DNA of 64,000 bases. Source: a virus. Its lineage: Duplodnaviria; Caudoviricetes. Of this stretch, positions 46,970-57,604 are shown piece after piece. Positions within the stretch are counted from its first letter, which is position 1; every line of letters begins with the position of its first letter. The notes beneath the pieces were generated by a model. The model did not search any database. It was not told the DNA's origin and was given only the letters and a program-made list of their open reading frames with translations. Where the stretch lies: IMG/VR virus record IMGVR_UViG_3300033073_001448, positions 27,993 to 91,992 of that record. One strand, written 5' to 3'. Position numbers and translations under genes: made by a program.

Positions 46970-47685
46970 AGTTTTAACACTGACCCAATGATGGGATGAC
47001 GTTGTACGTCTTTGCTGGTCATTGAGCACACAGCAATTCCTGTCACTGGCGTGGCTTGCAATCGTTGCACAAGATCCAAGAGGCCATTTTGTCCGCTATG
47101 GCGGTCGGCTTGTTCTACGTCTCCTGTGACAACAATCTTTGAGTTGGACCCTATTCTAGTCATTAACATCTTGGCCTGTGCTGGGGTAGCATTTTGCATT
47201 TCATCAGCAATAATCCATGAATTTTTAAAGGTTCGGCCGCGCATGAATGCCAGAGGCGCAATCTCCACAACCTGATCTTCTAACATGGCCATGATGTCCT
47301 GTGGGCGATAATATTCTCGCATGACGTCCAACAGGGGTCTCGTCCAAGGTTCCATTTTGGCAATGATATTGCCCGGTAGGAATCCGTGTTGTTCACCTTC
47401 CACACCCACTGCTGGGCGTGTCATTACTATACGATCACACTGGCCCTCTCTCAGAGCCTTGACAGCGGCCAGCATGGCCAGATAGGTTTTGCCCGTACCT
47501 GCAGGTCCCACCGTAACGACAATATGCTGTGCCTGATCCTGAAGTGCAAGTACCAAAGATTCTTGATTGCGAGTGCGCGGCACCAAGTCTACTCGTCTTG
47601 GTGCAGGCCTTGCTATACTAAAATCAATGGTATTTGTTTCTTGATGCATTCTTTTTTGTGCTTTCGCAGCGCGGTTTCTACTCAA
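46960..47685 (-). CDS. phoH: PhoH-like ATPase
   Basis: GPAGTGKT, RPAV, GFLPG, FMRGRTF, DEMQN, TGD..Q; TTG start after AAAGGAG. Confidence 0.93.
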   Translation of the reverse strand: MSRNRAAKAQKRMHQETNTIDFSIARPAPRRVDLVPRTRNQESLVLALQDQAQHIVVTVGPAGTGKTYLAMLAAVKALREGQCDRIVMTRPAVGVEGEQHGFLPGNIIAKMEPWTRPLLDVMREYYRPQDIMAMLEDQVVEIAPLAFMRGRTFKNSWIIADEMQNATPAQAKMLMTRIGSNSKIVVTGDVEQADRHSGQNGLLDLVQRLQATPVTGIAVCSMTSKDVQRHPIIGSVLKLYA

Positions 47686-47846
47686 AGTTTCAATCTCCTT
47701 TTGTCCGTATGTTGGACCAGAATATTTACGGACCTTGTTGACGATATATCTGAACATTGATTTCCAAGATCTAGGTCATAAGTATTAGGCTGTTCGTCAA
47801 AATATCAATCTGCACAGTTGGTGCGCAAAGTGGTAAATAATACACC

Positions 47847-48428
47847 ATGGCACTTAAAGATCGAGAAATATTCAAAAATCACGAAGATTATTGGCAGGTT
47901 GCTGATAACATCAAAAACATCTACATGAGTGATGGTAGCTTAACTACCTTGCTGGATTTCGAGCGTGTGCTAGATGAACTAGATATCTATGCATTCAAGA
48001 ACTGGGAAATTGGCGAACTTGTAGAAGGCCCGGATATCGGCAAATACAAAGTGGGCTGTATCTTTATGTGGCCCGAAAAGATGATGCCCGATCCCAGAGG
48101 CGCCAAACGTTTACTACCTTTTGATTGTGAAGTTAACTATCAAAAGAAAATGATGAAAATTCCCATCAAGATTACCAAACCTGCAGACTACATTCCCGGC
48201 ACACACAAAGCCAAGATCATTGAAAAGCCTGTGTGGCTTGTGGAAATTGTCATGCCCAAGAGTTTGCTGGACGAAATTCGCACAGGAAGCATTGAAATGC
48301 AGGACGAGGAAATTGATCTGGAAGATCTAGATCAAGCCTACGAACAAGATCTTGACCAAGAAGAGTACCAAAATGATGACAAAGCAGAAGACGTTCAACA
48401 ATCCCTTCAGCAACAGCCCCAGCAGTAA
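47847..48428 (+). CDS. conserved jumbo-phage hypothetical protein
   Basis: DFERVLDELDIYAFKNW..GELVEGP...MPDPRG; TAAATA upstream. Confidence 0.75.
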   Translation: MALKDREIFKNHEDYWQVADNIKNIYMSDGSLTTLLDFERVLDELDIYAFKNWEIGELVEGPDIGKYKVGCIFMWPEKMMPDPRGAKRLLPFDCEVNYQKKMMKIPIKITKPADYIPGTHKAKIIEKPVWLVEIVMPKSLLDEIRTGSIEMQDEEIDLEDLDQAYEQDLDQEEYQNDDKAEDVQQSLQQQPQQ

Positions 48429-48957
48429 ACTACTGGAAGGTTTGCAGTTTAAAGACCTAGATGGCATGATGAAGCCCACTGTTCATGTGGATGAATTTTC
48501 AAGTAAAATGGGCGAAGATCAAGACATCATTGTGGTAAGTTTCTTTGTGCGTGACAAAACCGCAGCCAAAGACCTAATGTCATGGTTTGAACGTGGCTAC
48601 GATTTTGTGCTGGACGCTGACATCAGCCCTGGTGAAATCAAGCCCAATCGTTATCTAGTGTATGTAGAAATGCGTCGTAGATCCACTGCACCTCAGCAGT
48701 TGCAACAGTTGCTGAATGATCTCAACACTCTCACAGAGTATGAATCTTCAGACTGGATCATGCATTACAATGGTCAAGAAATACCCTGGAGTGAAGAAGC
48801 ATTTGCCAAAACTGTGCCGTTAACTCCTGATGCTTATCGCCGAGACACCGACGAAGATCTCAACGAAATGCGTCTAGCAGCCGGTTTAACACCGAAAAAA
48901 ATCTACGAAACTTCTGATTTAGTTCGATCACTGCAATCAGCAGCAGGCATACGCTGA
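48373..48957 (+). CDS. hypothetical protein
   Basis: DEFSSKMGE...GYDFVLDADIS.GE; C-terminal LAAGL/AAGI; start approximate. Confidence 0.7.
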   Translation: MMTKQKTFNNPFSNSPSSKLLEGLQFKDLDGMMKPTVHVDEFSSKMGEDQDIIVVSFFVRDKTAAKDLMSWFERGYDFVLDADISPGEIKPNRYLVYVEMRRRSTAPQQLQQLLNDLNTLTEYESSDWIMHYNGQEIPWSEEAFAKTVPLTPDAYRRDTDEDLNEMRLAAGLTPKKIYETSDLVRSLQSAAGIR

Positions 48958-49003
48958 TCCGCACCGTGTGCGATCCAAAATAAATACATAAAAGGATCTA
49001 TGC

Positions 49004-52000
49004 ATGTCAGCGTTAAGTCAAAACAATACCAATAGCAATGTAGAAATAAATGTGGGTCCGTATGACTCGGGCAACAGTGTGTACACAGGAACACTGTCAG
49101 TCAACGGCAACCTAGCAGTCAGTGGAAATGTAAGTTATGTCACTGAACTCAACGTCAATGACGCATTTATTCAAGTAGCCTCCAACAACACTGGTGCTGT
49201 GACCAGCATGGGCCTGGTTGCTACAAAAACTGCTAACACTTTTGCTGGTCTGCGTTGGAACACCACCGTGGGTTCTTGGCAAACCAGTACCAGTACTGGA
49301 TCAGACGGTACGCCAGTTGCAGCCTATTCCAACATTGTTAACTCAGCAGCAGGATCAAACACACAGATTCAATTCAACGATGGCGGTGTAGATTTTGGGG
49401 CCAGTGCCAACTTAACATTCAACAAAACCACCAACATTTTAACAGTAACTGGCACTTCTAGCACCACTGGCAATGTGGTTGCTGGCAATGTCAACACAGC
49501 AGGCTTGGTCACAGCCACCGGTAATGTCACTGGGGGTAATATCAACACTGCTGGTGTAGCCAGTGTGACCAGCAACGTCATTGCTGGAAATCTAACCACA
49601 GTGGGGCAAGTCAGTGCTACTGGCAACATCAACACCAGCGGATACTATGTAGGCAATGGTTACTATCTAACCAGTGTGTCTGCTGCATCTTCCAATGCTA
49701 GTCAAATAGTAGGCAACACACTGAGTTCAAACGTGCTGTTTAGTTCATTGACTTCTGTGGGCACTCTAACATCACTCAGTGTGTCAGGAAACACCACCAC
49801 TGGTAACCTTGCCACTGGAGGACTGGTCACTGCAACCGGCAACGTCAACACTGCTGCTGGTGTGCTGGCCACTGGAAACATCCGCGCTGGCAACGTGCTG
49901 TCAGTTGCTTTGATTCAAGGTGCAACTCTAAGCTCAACAGGCAATGTCATCAGCGGCAACCTAAATGCAGCAGGCCTCAGTCTCAGTGGCAACGTACTGT
50001 CTAATCTAAGCGTAACTTCAAACATCGCCGGCGGAAATATTTTAACTCCAGGATTGATCAATGCCACTGGCAACATCAGCGGTGGCAACATCAGCACAGG
50101 CGGTTTGGTAACCGCCACAGGAAACATCACAGGAGGCAATTTATTAACTGCGGGATTGGTCAGTGCCACTGGCAACGTCACAGGTGGCAACGTCAACACC
50201 AATACCATTGTTGGCACAGCCCTGACACTGCGATCAACTGGTGCGCTGAACCTCAGTAGCACAGGAAACGTAGTACTCACTGCCAACACCGTGATCAACA
50301 ATGTGGCTGAGCCACAGCAATCCACAGACGCAGCCACAAAGAACTATGTTGACTCAGTGAGCCAAGGTCTCAATGTACACGATGCTACCAAAGTAGCTAC
50401 ACCAGATACGCTGGCCAATATCACCGGTGGCACAATCACTTATAATAATGGTACCTCAGGCGTGGGTGCAACATTGACCACTACTGGTAGTTTTAACCTG
50501 ATTGACACTGTGAACGTGCAGACCGCTGGCACACGTATCATGGTTAAAAACGAAGCCAATGCTGTGACCAACGGTGTTTATGTTTGGTCCAATGCCACAG
50601 TAATCACTCGAGCCACTGACTATGATAGTGTTCCTGAAGTTGAAGCCGGAGATTTTATATTTGTTAGCTCAGGCAACGTGTATGGCAACACTGGCTGGGT
50701 GCAAACTTCCACAGTAACTGGTATTGGTACCACCGGAAACAATATTGTGTTCACACAGTTTTCTGGACAAGGCACTTATACAGCAGGCACAGGTCTTACA
50801 CTCACAGGCACAACATTCAGTGTCAATGCCAGCCAAACTCAAATAACCGCAGTAGGAACTCTGGGTTCTCTCAGTGTTGCTGGTAACACAGTATCAGGTA
50901 ATCTTTCCACAGCCGGTTTGGTAACTGCCACAGGCAATGTAACCGGTGGTAACGTAAACACTGCTGGCGTAGTAACTGCCACCGGCAATGTAACTGGTGC
51001 TAACTTCAACACAGCAGGACTAGTCACAGCCACAGGCAATGTAACTGGTGGTAACGTAAACACTGCTGGCGTAGTAACTGCCACAGGAAACATCACAGGT
51101 GGAAACTTGAATGCCACTGGATTAAGTCTCAGTGGCAACGTGGTCAGTGCGCTGAACGTGACTGCCAACGTAGCGGCAGGAAATTTGCGCACTGTGGGAC
51201 AGGTGTCGGCCACTGGCAATATCACTACCGCAGCATATTTTATTGGTGATGGATCGTTTATTAGCAATGCTGCTTTTGCTGGTATTCAAATACAAAACGG
51301 CACATCCAATGCTAAAATTCCTGTATCAAACGGCAACATCGAAGTCACTGTAGGCGGCGTAGCCAACGTTGGTGTGTTTACCACTACAGGTTTGGTTGTT
51401 ACCAGCAACGTTACCGCTGGCAACTTTGTTGGTACATTAAGCGGCAACGTCACTGCCACAGGTAACATCACGGGTGGTAACCTAACAACCACAGGCAATG
51501 TGTCAGCATCAGGTAACTTAAATGCCGCTGGCCTCAGTCTCAGTGGCAATGTATTATCTGCTATTAACTCAACCAGTAACATCACAACCAGCGGCAATAT
51601 TTCAGGCAGTTGGTTCCTGGGCAACATTTCAGCAGTGACCAACGGTACCAGCAGTTTACAAATTAGCACAGCCAATGGCAATGCTAATGTCAGCATTGGT
51701 GGCACAAGTAATGTATTGGTAGTGACCACAGCAGGGTCTTTTGTCACTGGCATAGCCAGTGCTTCAGGCAACGTAATAGGTGGAAACTTAACCACCGCAG
51801 GTTTGATCACAGCCACAGGTAACATCACTGGTGCAAATATTGTTACAACAGGATTGATCACAGCCACTGGCAACATCACTGGTGGCAATGTCAGTGCTAC
51901 CAATTACACAGGAACCACTGTTTCTGTGTCAGGTAATGTCACTGGTGCTAACATCAACACAGCAGGCGTTGTCAGCAGCACTGGCAACGTACTGGGTGCA

Positions 52001-53917
52001 AATTTTGTTAGCCGTTACACTGATGGCACAGCACTGAGTTTGGTTGGCAGCACACCAAGTGCAGCCAACACAGCCGGTGGCGCTGTTAGCATTGTAGCAG
52101 GAACTGCTACCAGTGCAGGTGTAAGCAGTGCAGGCGGGGCAATTAATTTAACTGCTGGTGCAGGACACAGTGCCAGCAACGTAGGCACAGGTGGTGCAAT
52201 CAACATTACTGCTGGAGCCGGAACTGGTAACGCAGCCGGCGGGTTGACAACTATACGTGGCGGTAACTCAGGCATAGCACTCAGCGCAAGTTTATTGCTG
52301 TACGGCGGTAATGCCGATGGTTTGCAAACTGCTGGTAACGCACAGCTATCTGGTGGTGCATTAACTGCTGGCACAGACGAACAAGGTGGATGGTTGACAC
52401 TGGCAGCCGGTGCAGGCACCGGCGCCGGCACTGCTAGCAAGGTGGTGATCAAAGCACCTACTGTGACTACATCAGGTACCAGTGTACAAACTGTGAGCAA
52501 TGTAGCAGTGTTTGACAGCACAGGCATCAGTGTTACAGGCATTGTATCGGCTAGCGGCAACATTGTGTCAGGTGGCCAACTGATCAATGTTCCAAGCGGA
52601 CAATTAAATGCCAACAATGTCACAACTTATTATTTTACTTCTTATACTGAAGCCAATGTTGCAAACATAACTTCTAGGTATACTGATGGTACAGTGCTCA
52701 ACATTCGTGGCGGTAATACATTAACTGCCAATGCCATTGGAGGAAACATAAACATCTCTGCTGGCACTGGTAATAACACAGCAGGCGGCGGCTTAATTTT
52801 TATCAATGGCGGCGACTCAGGTGGCACCAATGCTCCTGGCGGCAACGTAGAAATCAACGGCGGAAGAGGTTCAGGCACTGCATTTGGATCCCAGGGCGGT
52901 TTTATTAAACTGACAGCCGGTAACAGTGTTGCAATAACCAACACCGGTTTCGGATCTTACCTAACGTTGAATCCAGGCGCCGCTTCAAATTCAGGAGGCA
53001 ATGGTTTCTTGTCCGGTGGCCAGGCCAAGTCCGGAGCAACCGATGCTGCTGGTGGATTTATTGGTATTTACGGTGGCACAGGAACTGGCGCAGGCCAGCC
53101 AGGTAACATTGTTTTTTTGGTAGCATCTAAATTAGCCAGTGGCACATCAACACAAACTCCAAGTACTCGTTTGACAATCAGTGATACTCAAGCAAATATT
53201 ACTTTCTCTACAACATCTACCAGCACTACAACAGGTGCTTTGGTAGTTGGAGGTGGGGTTGGCGTTGCGGGCAACATTTACAGCGGTTATTTAAGTACAT
53301 CTGGCAATATCGATTCAGGTACGTCATTCAACGGAGGCTTGTATAATTCAACTGTTGGATTCCAAGGGCCATTTTTATCTGTAACCGGTAACGTCAATGC
53401 GGGTAATGTTATAGCCAGCGGTTTGTTGAGCACAAACTCTATTACCCACACCGGTACCAATGCTGTGGGCAACATTGGTTCAAGCTCAAGCTACTTCAAC
53501 ACTGTGTTTGCTCAAGCTACTTCTGCACTGTATGCTGACGTTGCAGAGCGCTATCAAGCCGATGCATTCTATTGGCCCGGTACAGTGGTTGTGTTTGGTG
53601 GTGCAAACGAAATTACTCAAAGCACTGAATCACACGATACCAGAGTGGCTGGTGTTGTTTCGACCAATCCTGCTTATTTGATGAACTCTGGTGATACCAG
53701 AGCAAATTCAACTTCAGTGGCACTGCTGGGCCGTGTGCCATGTAAGGTAGTGGGCATCATTGCCAAAGGTGACTTGCTGGCAACTAGCAACGTCCCCGGC
53801 GTTGCGACTAAGTATAATATTGATCAGTACAAACCGGGCGTGATTGTTGGTAAAGCTCTAGAAGATTACAACAGCAACGACCCGGGTATGATTGAAGTAG
53901 TAATAGGTAGATTGTAA
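49004..53917 (+). CDS. long tail fibre protein with GNITGGN repeats and C-terminal chaperone-like domain
   Basis: DAATKNYVD, FTQFSG, extensive 17-aa repeats; C-terminal YADVAERY...GVVSTNPAYLMN...VALLGRVPCKV..GKALE. Confidence 0.85.
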   Translation: MSALSQNNTNSNVEINVGPYDSGNSVYTGTLSVNGNLAVSGNVSYVTELNVNDAFIQVASNNTGAVTSMGLVATKTANTFAGLRWNTTVGSWQTSTSTGSDGTPVAAYSNIVNSAAGSNTQIQFNDGGVDFGASANLTFNKTTNILTVTGTSSTTGNVVAGNVNTAGLVTATGNVTGGNINTAGVASVTSNVIAGNLTTVGQVSATGNINTSGYYVGNGYYLTSVSAASSNASQIVGNTLSSNVLFSSLTSVGTLTSLSVSGNTTTGNLATGGLVTATGNVNTAAGVLATGNIRAGNVLSVALIQGATLSSTGNVISGNLNAAGLSLSGNVLSNLSVTSNIAGGNILTPGLINATGNISGGNISTGGLVTATGNITGGNLLTAGLVSATGNVTGGNVNTNTIVGTALTLRSTGALNLSSTGNVVLTANTVINNVAEPQQSTDAATKNYVDSVSQGLNVHDATKVATPDTLANITGGTITYNNGTSGVGATLTTTGSFNLIDTVNVQTAGTRIMVKNEANAVTNGVYVWSNATVITRATDYDSVPEVEAGDFIFVSSGNVYGNTGWVQTSTVTGIGTTGNNIVFTQFSGQGTYTAGTGLTLTGTTFSVNASQTQITAVGTLGSLSVAGNTVSGNLSTAGLVTATGNVTGGNVNTAGVVTATGNVTGANFNTAGLVTATGNVTGGNVNTAGVVTATGNITGGNLNATGLSLSGNVVSALNVTANVAAGNLRTVGQVSATGNITTAAYFIGDGSFISNAAFAGIQIQNGTSNAKIPVSNGNIEVTVGGVANVGVFTTTGLVVTSNVTAGNFVGTLSGNVTATGNITGGNLTTTGNVSASGNLNAAGLSLSGNVLSAINSTSNITTSGNISGSWFLGNISAVTNGTSSLQISTANGNANVSIGGTSNVLVVTTAGSFVTGIASASGNVIGGNLTTAGLITATGNITGANIVTTGLITATGNITGGNVSATNYTGTTVSVSGNVTGANINTAGVVSSTGNVLGANFVSRYTDGTALSLVGSTPSAANTAGGAVSIVAGTATSAGVSSAGGAINLTAGAGHSASNVGTGGAINITAGAGTGNAAGGLTTIRGGNSGIALSASLLLYGGNADGLQTAGNAQLSGGALTAGTDEQGGWLTLAAGAGTGAGTASKVVIKAPTVTTSGTSVQTVSNVAVFDSTGISVTGIVSASGNIVSGGQLINVPSGQLNANNVTTYYFTSYTEANVANITSRYTDGTVLNIRGGNTLTANAIGGNINISAGTGNNTAGGGLIFINGGDSGGTNAPGGNVEINGGRGSGTAFGSQGGFIKLTAGNSVAITNTGFGSYLTLNPGAASNSGGNGFLSGGQAKSGATDAAGGFIGIYGGTGTGAGQPGNIVFLVASKLASGTSTQTPSTRLTISDTQANITFSTTSTSTTTGALVVGGGVGVAGNIYSGYLSTSGNIDSGTSFNGGLYNSTVGFQGPFLSVTGNVNAGNVIASGLLSTNSITHTGTNAVGNIGSSSSYFNTVFAQATSALYADVAERYQADAFYWPGTVVVFGGANEITQSTESHDTRVAGVVSTNPAYLMNSGDTRANSTSVALLGRVPCKVVGIIAKGDLLATSNVPGVATKYNIDQYKPGVIVGKALEDYNSNDPGMIEVVIGRL
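50921..51090 (+). repeat. near-exact 102-bp tandem duplication within the fibre gene
   Basis: AACGTAAACACTGCTGGCGTAGTAACTGCC at 50951 and 51053. Confidence 0.8.
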
Positions 53918-54603
53918 TGCGTTATAGAGAAATTCTTGAAAGTTGCTGGCAAGGATATCGTCAAGCAGGCATGAAAAACAAAGGGGGCCGTCAGGTTCCT
54001 AACTGTGTGCCTATGCGCGAAGGCGACGACGCAGAAAAACAACGCTATGAACAGGCTGCTCGTGATGTAATCAAAGGTGCTGATCCTGATCACATTATTA
54101 GAATTAGAAAGTTAGATCCTGAGATTCTTCGCAAACACATTGCCTATGCATGGGACAAAATCAATTCTGGCGAATACAAAATTAACCGACCTAACTTAGA
54201 AGAGTCCAGCAACAAGTTTATTCTCTATTTCAATGGTAAACCAGTGGCAACATATCCAACCAAACAGGAAGCCGAATACCAAGGTCAAACAATACAACAA
54301 CGTGTGCCCGGCACCCGAGTTGAAGTCAAACAAGAAGTATGTACTTTGAAGCCAGTGGAATTGGAAGAAAATCTACGCAACTGGTTCAAAGAAAAATGGG
54401 TGCGCTTTGGACCTGACGGCAAGATTCGTGGTGCCTGTGCTCGCGGATCAAGCAAAGAAGGCAAACCAAAATGTTTGCCACAGAGCAAAGCACACAGTCT
54501 AGGCAAAAAAGGTCGTGCGTCGGCCGCAAGCCGCAAACGTAGACAAGATCCCAATCCAGAAAGACGAGGAGCGGCTATCAATGTAGCCACAAAGAAAAAA
54601 TGA
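53917..54603 (+). CDS. putative head-packaged modular protein
   Basis: MRYREILES; CW.GY...K.K.G..VPNCVP and LR.WF.EKWV...PKCLP modules separated by xxE sites. Confidence 0.7.
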   Translation: MRYREILESCWQGYRQAGMKNKGGRQVPNCVPMREGDDAEKQRYEQAARDVIKGADPDHIIRIRKLDPEILRKHIAYAWDKINSGEYKINRPNLEESSNKFILYFNGKPVATYPTKQEAEYQGQTIQQRVPGTRVEVKQEVCTLKPVELEENLRNWFKEKWVRFGPDGKIRGACARGSSKEGKPKCLPQSKAHSLGKKGRASAASRKRRQDPNPERRGAAINVATKKK

Positions 54604-56621
54604 TATTTGACGAACTTTTTGAATCCAACAACAGCAACCAACGTACCGCATTGGCGTTGGCTCAAGAAATCTACGCCAACATGGTAGATCTTGTACACAT
54701 CAGCGCAGCCGGTGCTACCACTGGTGCAGGCAACTCTGCCAATGCTCAAAGTCTACGAGCCGAAACTCAAGAGCTTATGCAACAGTTGGATCAACTGGGT
54801 TACAATTTTGATGCCAAAGTTCCTGGTTATATTCGTCCTTTGACTGTGGACAACGAACCTCAGGCCAAGCTCACAGAAATGCAGTGTGTGGAGTGCGGTG
54901 GCCCTGCGTTTTCAGACTTGATTGTGGCTGAAAAGAAAGACGCCTGCTACAACAAAGTTCGTAGTCGTTACAAAGTGTGGCCGTCGGCATACGCAAGTGG
55001 TGCATTGGTTCAGTGCCGTAAAAAAGGCGCTGCCAACTGGGGCAACAAATCCAAGAATGAATCTGTGGAAGAAGCCCGAGCTGCAACAGCCGCATTTAGA
55101 GCAGGCAACAAAAAACGTACCGAACTAAATGCCATGAGCGACAAAGAGCGCAGAGACTACGACCGAGAACAACAAGAAAAACAACGCCGTCGTGATGATG
55201 CTAGATTAGAGCGTGAACGTGAAAAGAACGCTGCCAAGAAAGGTGTGGCGGAAGACAAAGACATGTGCTCAGTTTGTGGCCAGACTCCTTGCAATTGCAC
55301 CCACATCTTAGAAGGATTGGCTGATGACTTTATGAAAATGGCCAAAGACATGGGCATGAATCCACGTCGTGCTGGCACACCGGCTCAAGAACGTGAGCGC
55401 ACTCAACAAATCATGGCTCAGCGTGCCAAAGAGCGTGCTGAACAAGAAAAACAAATTGCTCAAGCAGATGCAGCCCGCCTACCCGAATTACAGGCTGAGT
55501 ACGATGACATGATGAAAAAGTATCAAAGCCTTGGCGGTAACAACTGGCAATATGCAGACCGTGAACAAAATCTCAGTGATCGCGAACGTGAAGCCCGGGC
55601 CATGGAACCTGAACTGCAAAGACGTCGAGCTCAATTGGCACGTGCCAAAGCACATGCTGGCGCCGATAAAACTCAAACAGGCAACAGAGAAGGGGCTGAA
55701 GAACATCAAAACAACGAGATTGCCGAAAGTCTGCGTCGTTTACGTGAAGCAGATCCTACTTACACAGGCATTGATCCTGTGGTGCGTCAGAGAATGGGCA
55801 TGCCGCCGGCCAGTCAAGACGAGATCCGTAATTTCTTAGACAAAAACCCACCGGTGGTAAGATCTGGCACAGGTGAGCCCATACAAACTGGCACAGGCGG
55901 TACTGTACAATCTGGTGGTGCCGTTGATGTAGCTCGTGCTGCTGATGCAGCCAGTCCTGACCGAGCACAGGCCATGGCCAAACCTCCTGGCACAGTGACA
56001 ACAACTGCCACAGCGCCTGCACCTAGTTCCACACCACAGATATCGGCGGCTACTACAGCGCCAGTAAAGGCTCCCAGTGTAACTCCAACCCCTATTCCTC
56101 CTGCAAAACCGCCCGCACCATCTTTTTCTAAAGCAGTGTCGAGCCTGGCTTCAGCAAACAAAATTGCTGACCCCAACAAGATCAATGTGGGGCAAACCAT
56201 TAAACTGCCCAGTGGACAAGATTATACTGTGGCCAAAGGCGACACACTGAGTGGCATCGCTGCTGGCAAGTTCAAAGGCGCTACAACACCAACGACAACC
56301 CCATCGGCGTCTACACCTGCACCAAAACCAACAACAACACCAACACCTTCTGTTAAGTCCAATACAACCACACCAATCAAGCCATCGGATATACCAGGTA
56401 TTGGCTCAGGTGATGTTGCTCCAAAGAAAAGTCCTTATACTGGACGTAATCCAGAATTACAGGCCGGTAATAAACTGCCAATTTCTGTAACAAACACACT
56501 GTCAGTACCTGACACTACACCTCCAGTTATGTTCAACAGAATGGCTCCTGGATCATTGTCACCTGTGACCAAAGAAAGCAGTGACATTGCTAGAATAAAA
56601 AATTTAGCAGGACTCAAATAA
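54600..56621 (+). CDS. putative head-packaged polyprotein with LysM
   Basis: MIFDELFES; DACYNKV...WPSAYASG module; LysM elements; C-terminal ESSDIARIKNLAGL. Confidence 0.75.
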   Translation: MIFDELFESNNSNQRTALALAQEIYANMVDLVHISAAGATTGAGNSANAQSLRAETQELMQQLDQLGYNFDAKVPGYIRPLTVDNEPQAKLTEMQCVECGGPAFSDLIVAEKKDACYNKVRSRYKVWPSAYASGALVQCRKKGAANWGNKSKNESVEEARAATAAFRAGNKKRTELNAMSDKERRDYDREQQEKQRRRDDARLEREREKNAAKKGVAEDKDMCSVCGQTPCNCTHILEGLADDFMKMAKDMGMNPRRAGTPAQERERTQQIMAQRAKERAEQEKQIAQADAARLPELQAEYDDMMKKYQSLGGNNWQYADREQNLSDREREARAMEPELQRRRAQLARAKAHAGADKTQTGNREGAEEHQNNEIAESLRRLREADPTYTGIDPVVRQRMGMPPASQDEIRNFLDKNPPVVRSGTGEPIQTGTGGTVQSGGAVDVARAADAASPDRAQAMAKPPGTVTTTATAPAPSSTPQISAATTAPVKAPSVTPTPIPPAKPPAPSFSKAVSSLASANKIADPNKINVGQTIKLPSGQDYTVAKGDTLSGIAAGKFKGATTPTTTPSASTPAPKPTTTPTPSVKSNTTTPIKPSDIPGIGSGDVAPKKSPYTGRNPELQAGNKLPISVTNTLSVPDTTPPVMFNRMAPGSLSPVTKESSDIARIKNLAGLK

Positions 56622-57604
56622 TGAACATCCGAGACATAGTTGAAGATTCTGAGTTATCTAGAAAAACGCAAAGTAATGCGCTGAACCGTGCGCTGAAACA
56701 GGCCTATGCTCAATTTCCTTCTTCTAAAAGTGATATAGAAGCATTTGCCAACTGGGCCATGGTGCGACAAGCCAATGCTGAAGAATTAATTGATCGTCAA
56801 GCAGAATTAAATCGTCGTCAAGATGCTGTGATCAAGGGGTTGGATGTTGACAACACAGATCAAGAAGAGCACATACAAAAATTAGATCGAGAGAACGACG
56901 AGCTCGAAGCCGAACTTGATCGAGTTGAAAAACGTTTGGCCATGCGCCCCGACACCAAGCAAAGTGTCGAACCAACACCTAAATCACAAGGCAAACCCAA
57001 AAAGCCAGCCAAATCAGTGCCGCCAGGCGCACTGCCGGTGCCCACTCCATTTGCGGCTTCTGCGTCAGAGCCTGCAACCAAATCTACTAATTCCAAGGCC
57101 GGTGCTAGAGCTTTCAGTGCCATGGTTCCGCAGTTGGATCAGCCTCAACAGTCATTGAATTTCAATGCCCCACTGGATTATTCTAAAGCTCAACAGCAAA
57201 CGTTGCCCGGTATTGAAGTACCAGCAATTACCAACGACCCCAGTGATAATATATTGCCAGCATTGCCAACCCCATCGGACGACCAAGGCCCTTGGAAAAA
57301 CCTTAAACAACCGTCGCTGTTTTCCAAAGATAACGTCACTGATATTGAACCCAAATATTATTCAGATGTGGCTCGAAAGATTGCCAGTGACCCTGAACAA
57401 CTAGCAAAGGCCATGAAAGTGAGCGAAAACAAACCACAAGAAGATGAAAAAATTGGTGGCCGTTATGACCCTGACGACTTTGATTCCATGGTATTAAGAC
57501 TGAAAAAATTAGCCGGAGCCGGCCCTTTAAAAACTGTATGGGATCCTGTACGTCGTGTGTATCGAAATGTGCCAGTGAATCAGCAGCCCGAAAAGAAAAA
57601 ATAA
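56621..57604 (+). CDS. coiled-coil putative internal head protein
   Basis: MNIRDIVED; RLKKLAG near the C-terminus. Confidence 0.7.
   Translation: MNIRDIVEDSELSRKTQSNALNRALKQAYAQFPSSKSDIEAFANWAMVRQANAEELIDRQAELNRRQDAVIKGLDVDNTDQEEHIQKLDRENDELEAELDRVEKRLAMRPDTKQSVEPTPKSQGKPKKPAKSVPPGALPVPTPFAASASEPATKSTNSKAGARAFSAMVPQLDQPQQSLNFNAPLDYSKAQQQTLPGIEVPAITNDPSDNILPALPTPSDDQGPWKNLKQPSLFSKDNVTDIEPKYYSDVARKIASDPEQLAKAMKVSENKPQEDEKIGGRYDPDDFDSMVLRLKKLAGAGPLKTVWDPVRRVYRNVPVNQQPEKKK

Noticed and set aside
49004-53917. Diversity-generating retroelement acting on fibre genes
   Set aside because: No reverse transcriptase and no TR/VR pair with adenine-specific differences seen; repeats are ordinary coding repeats.
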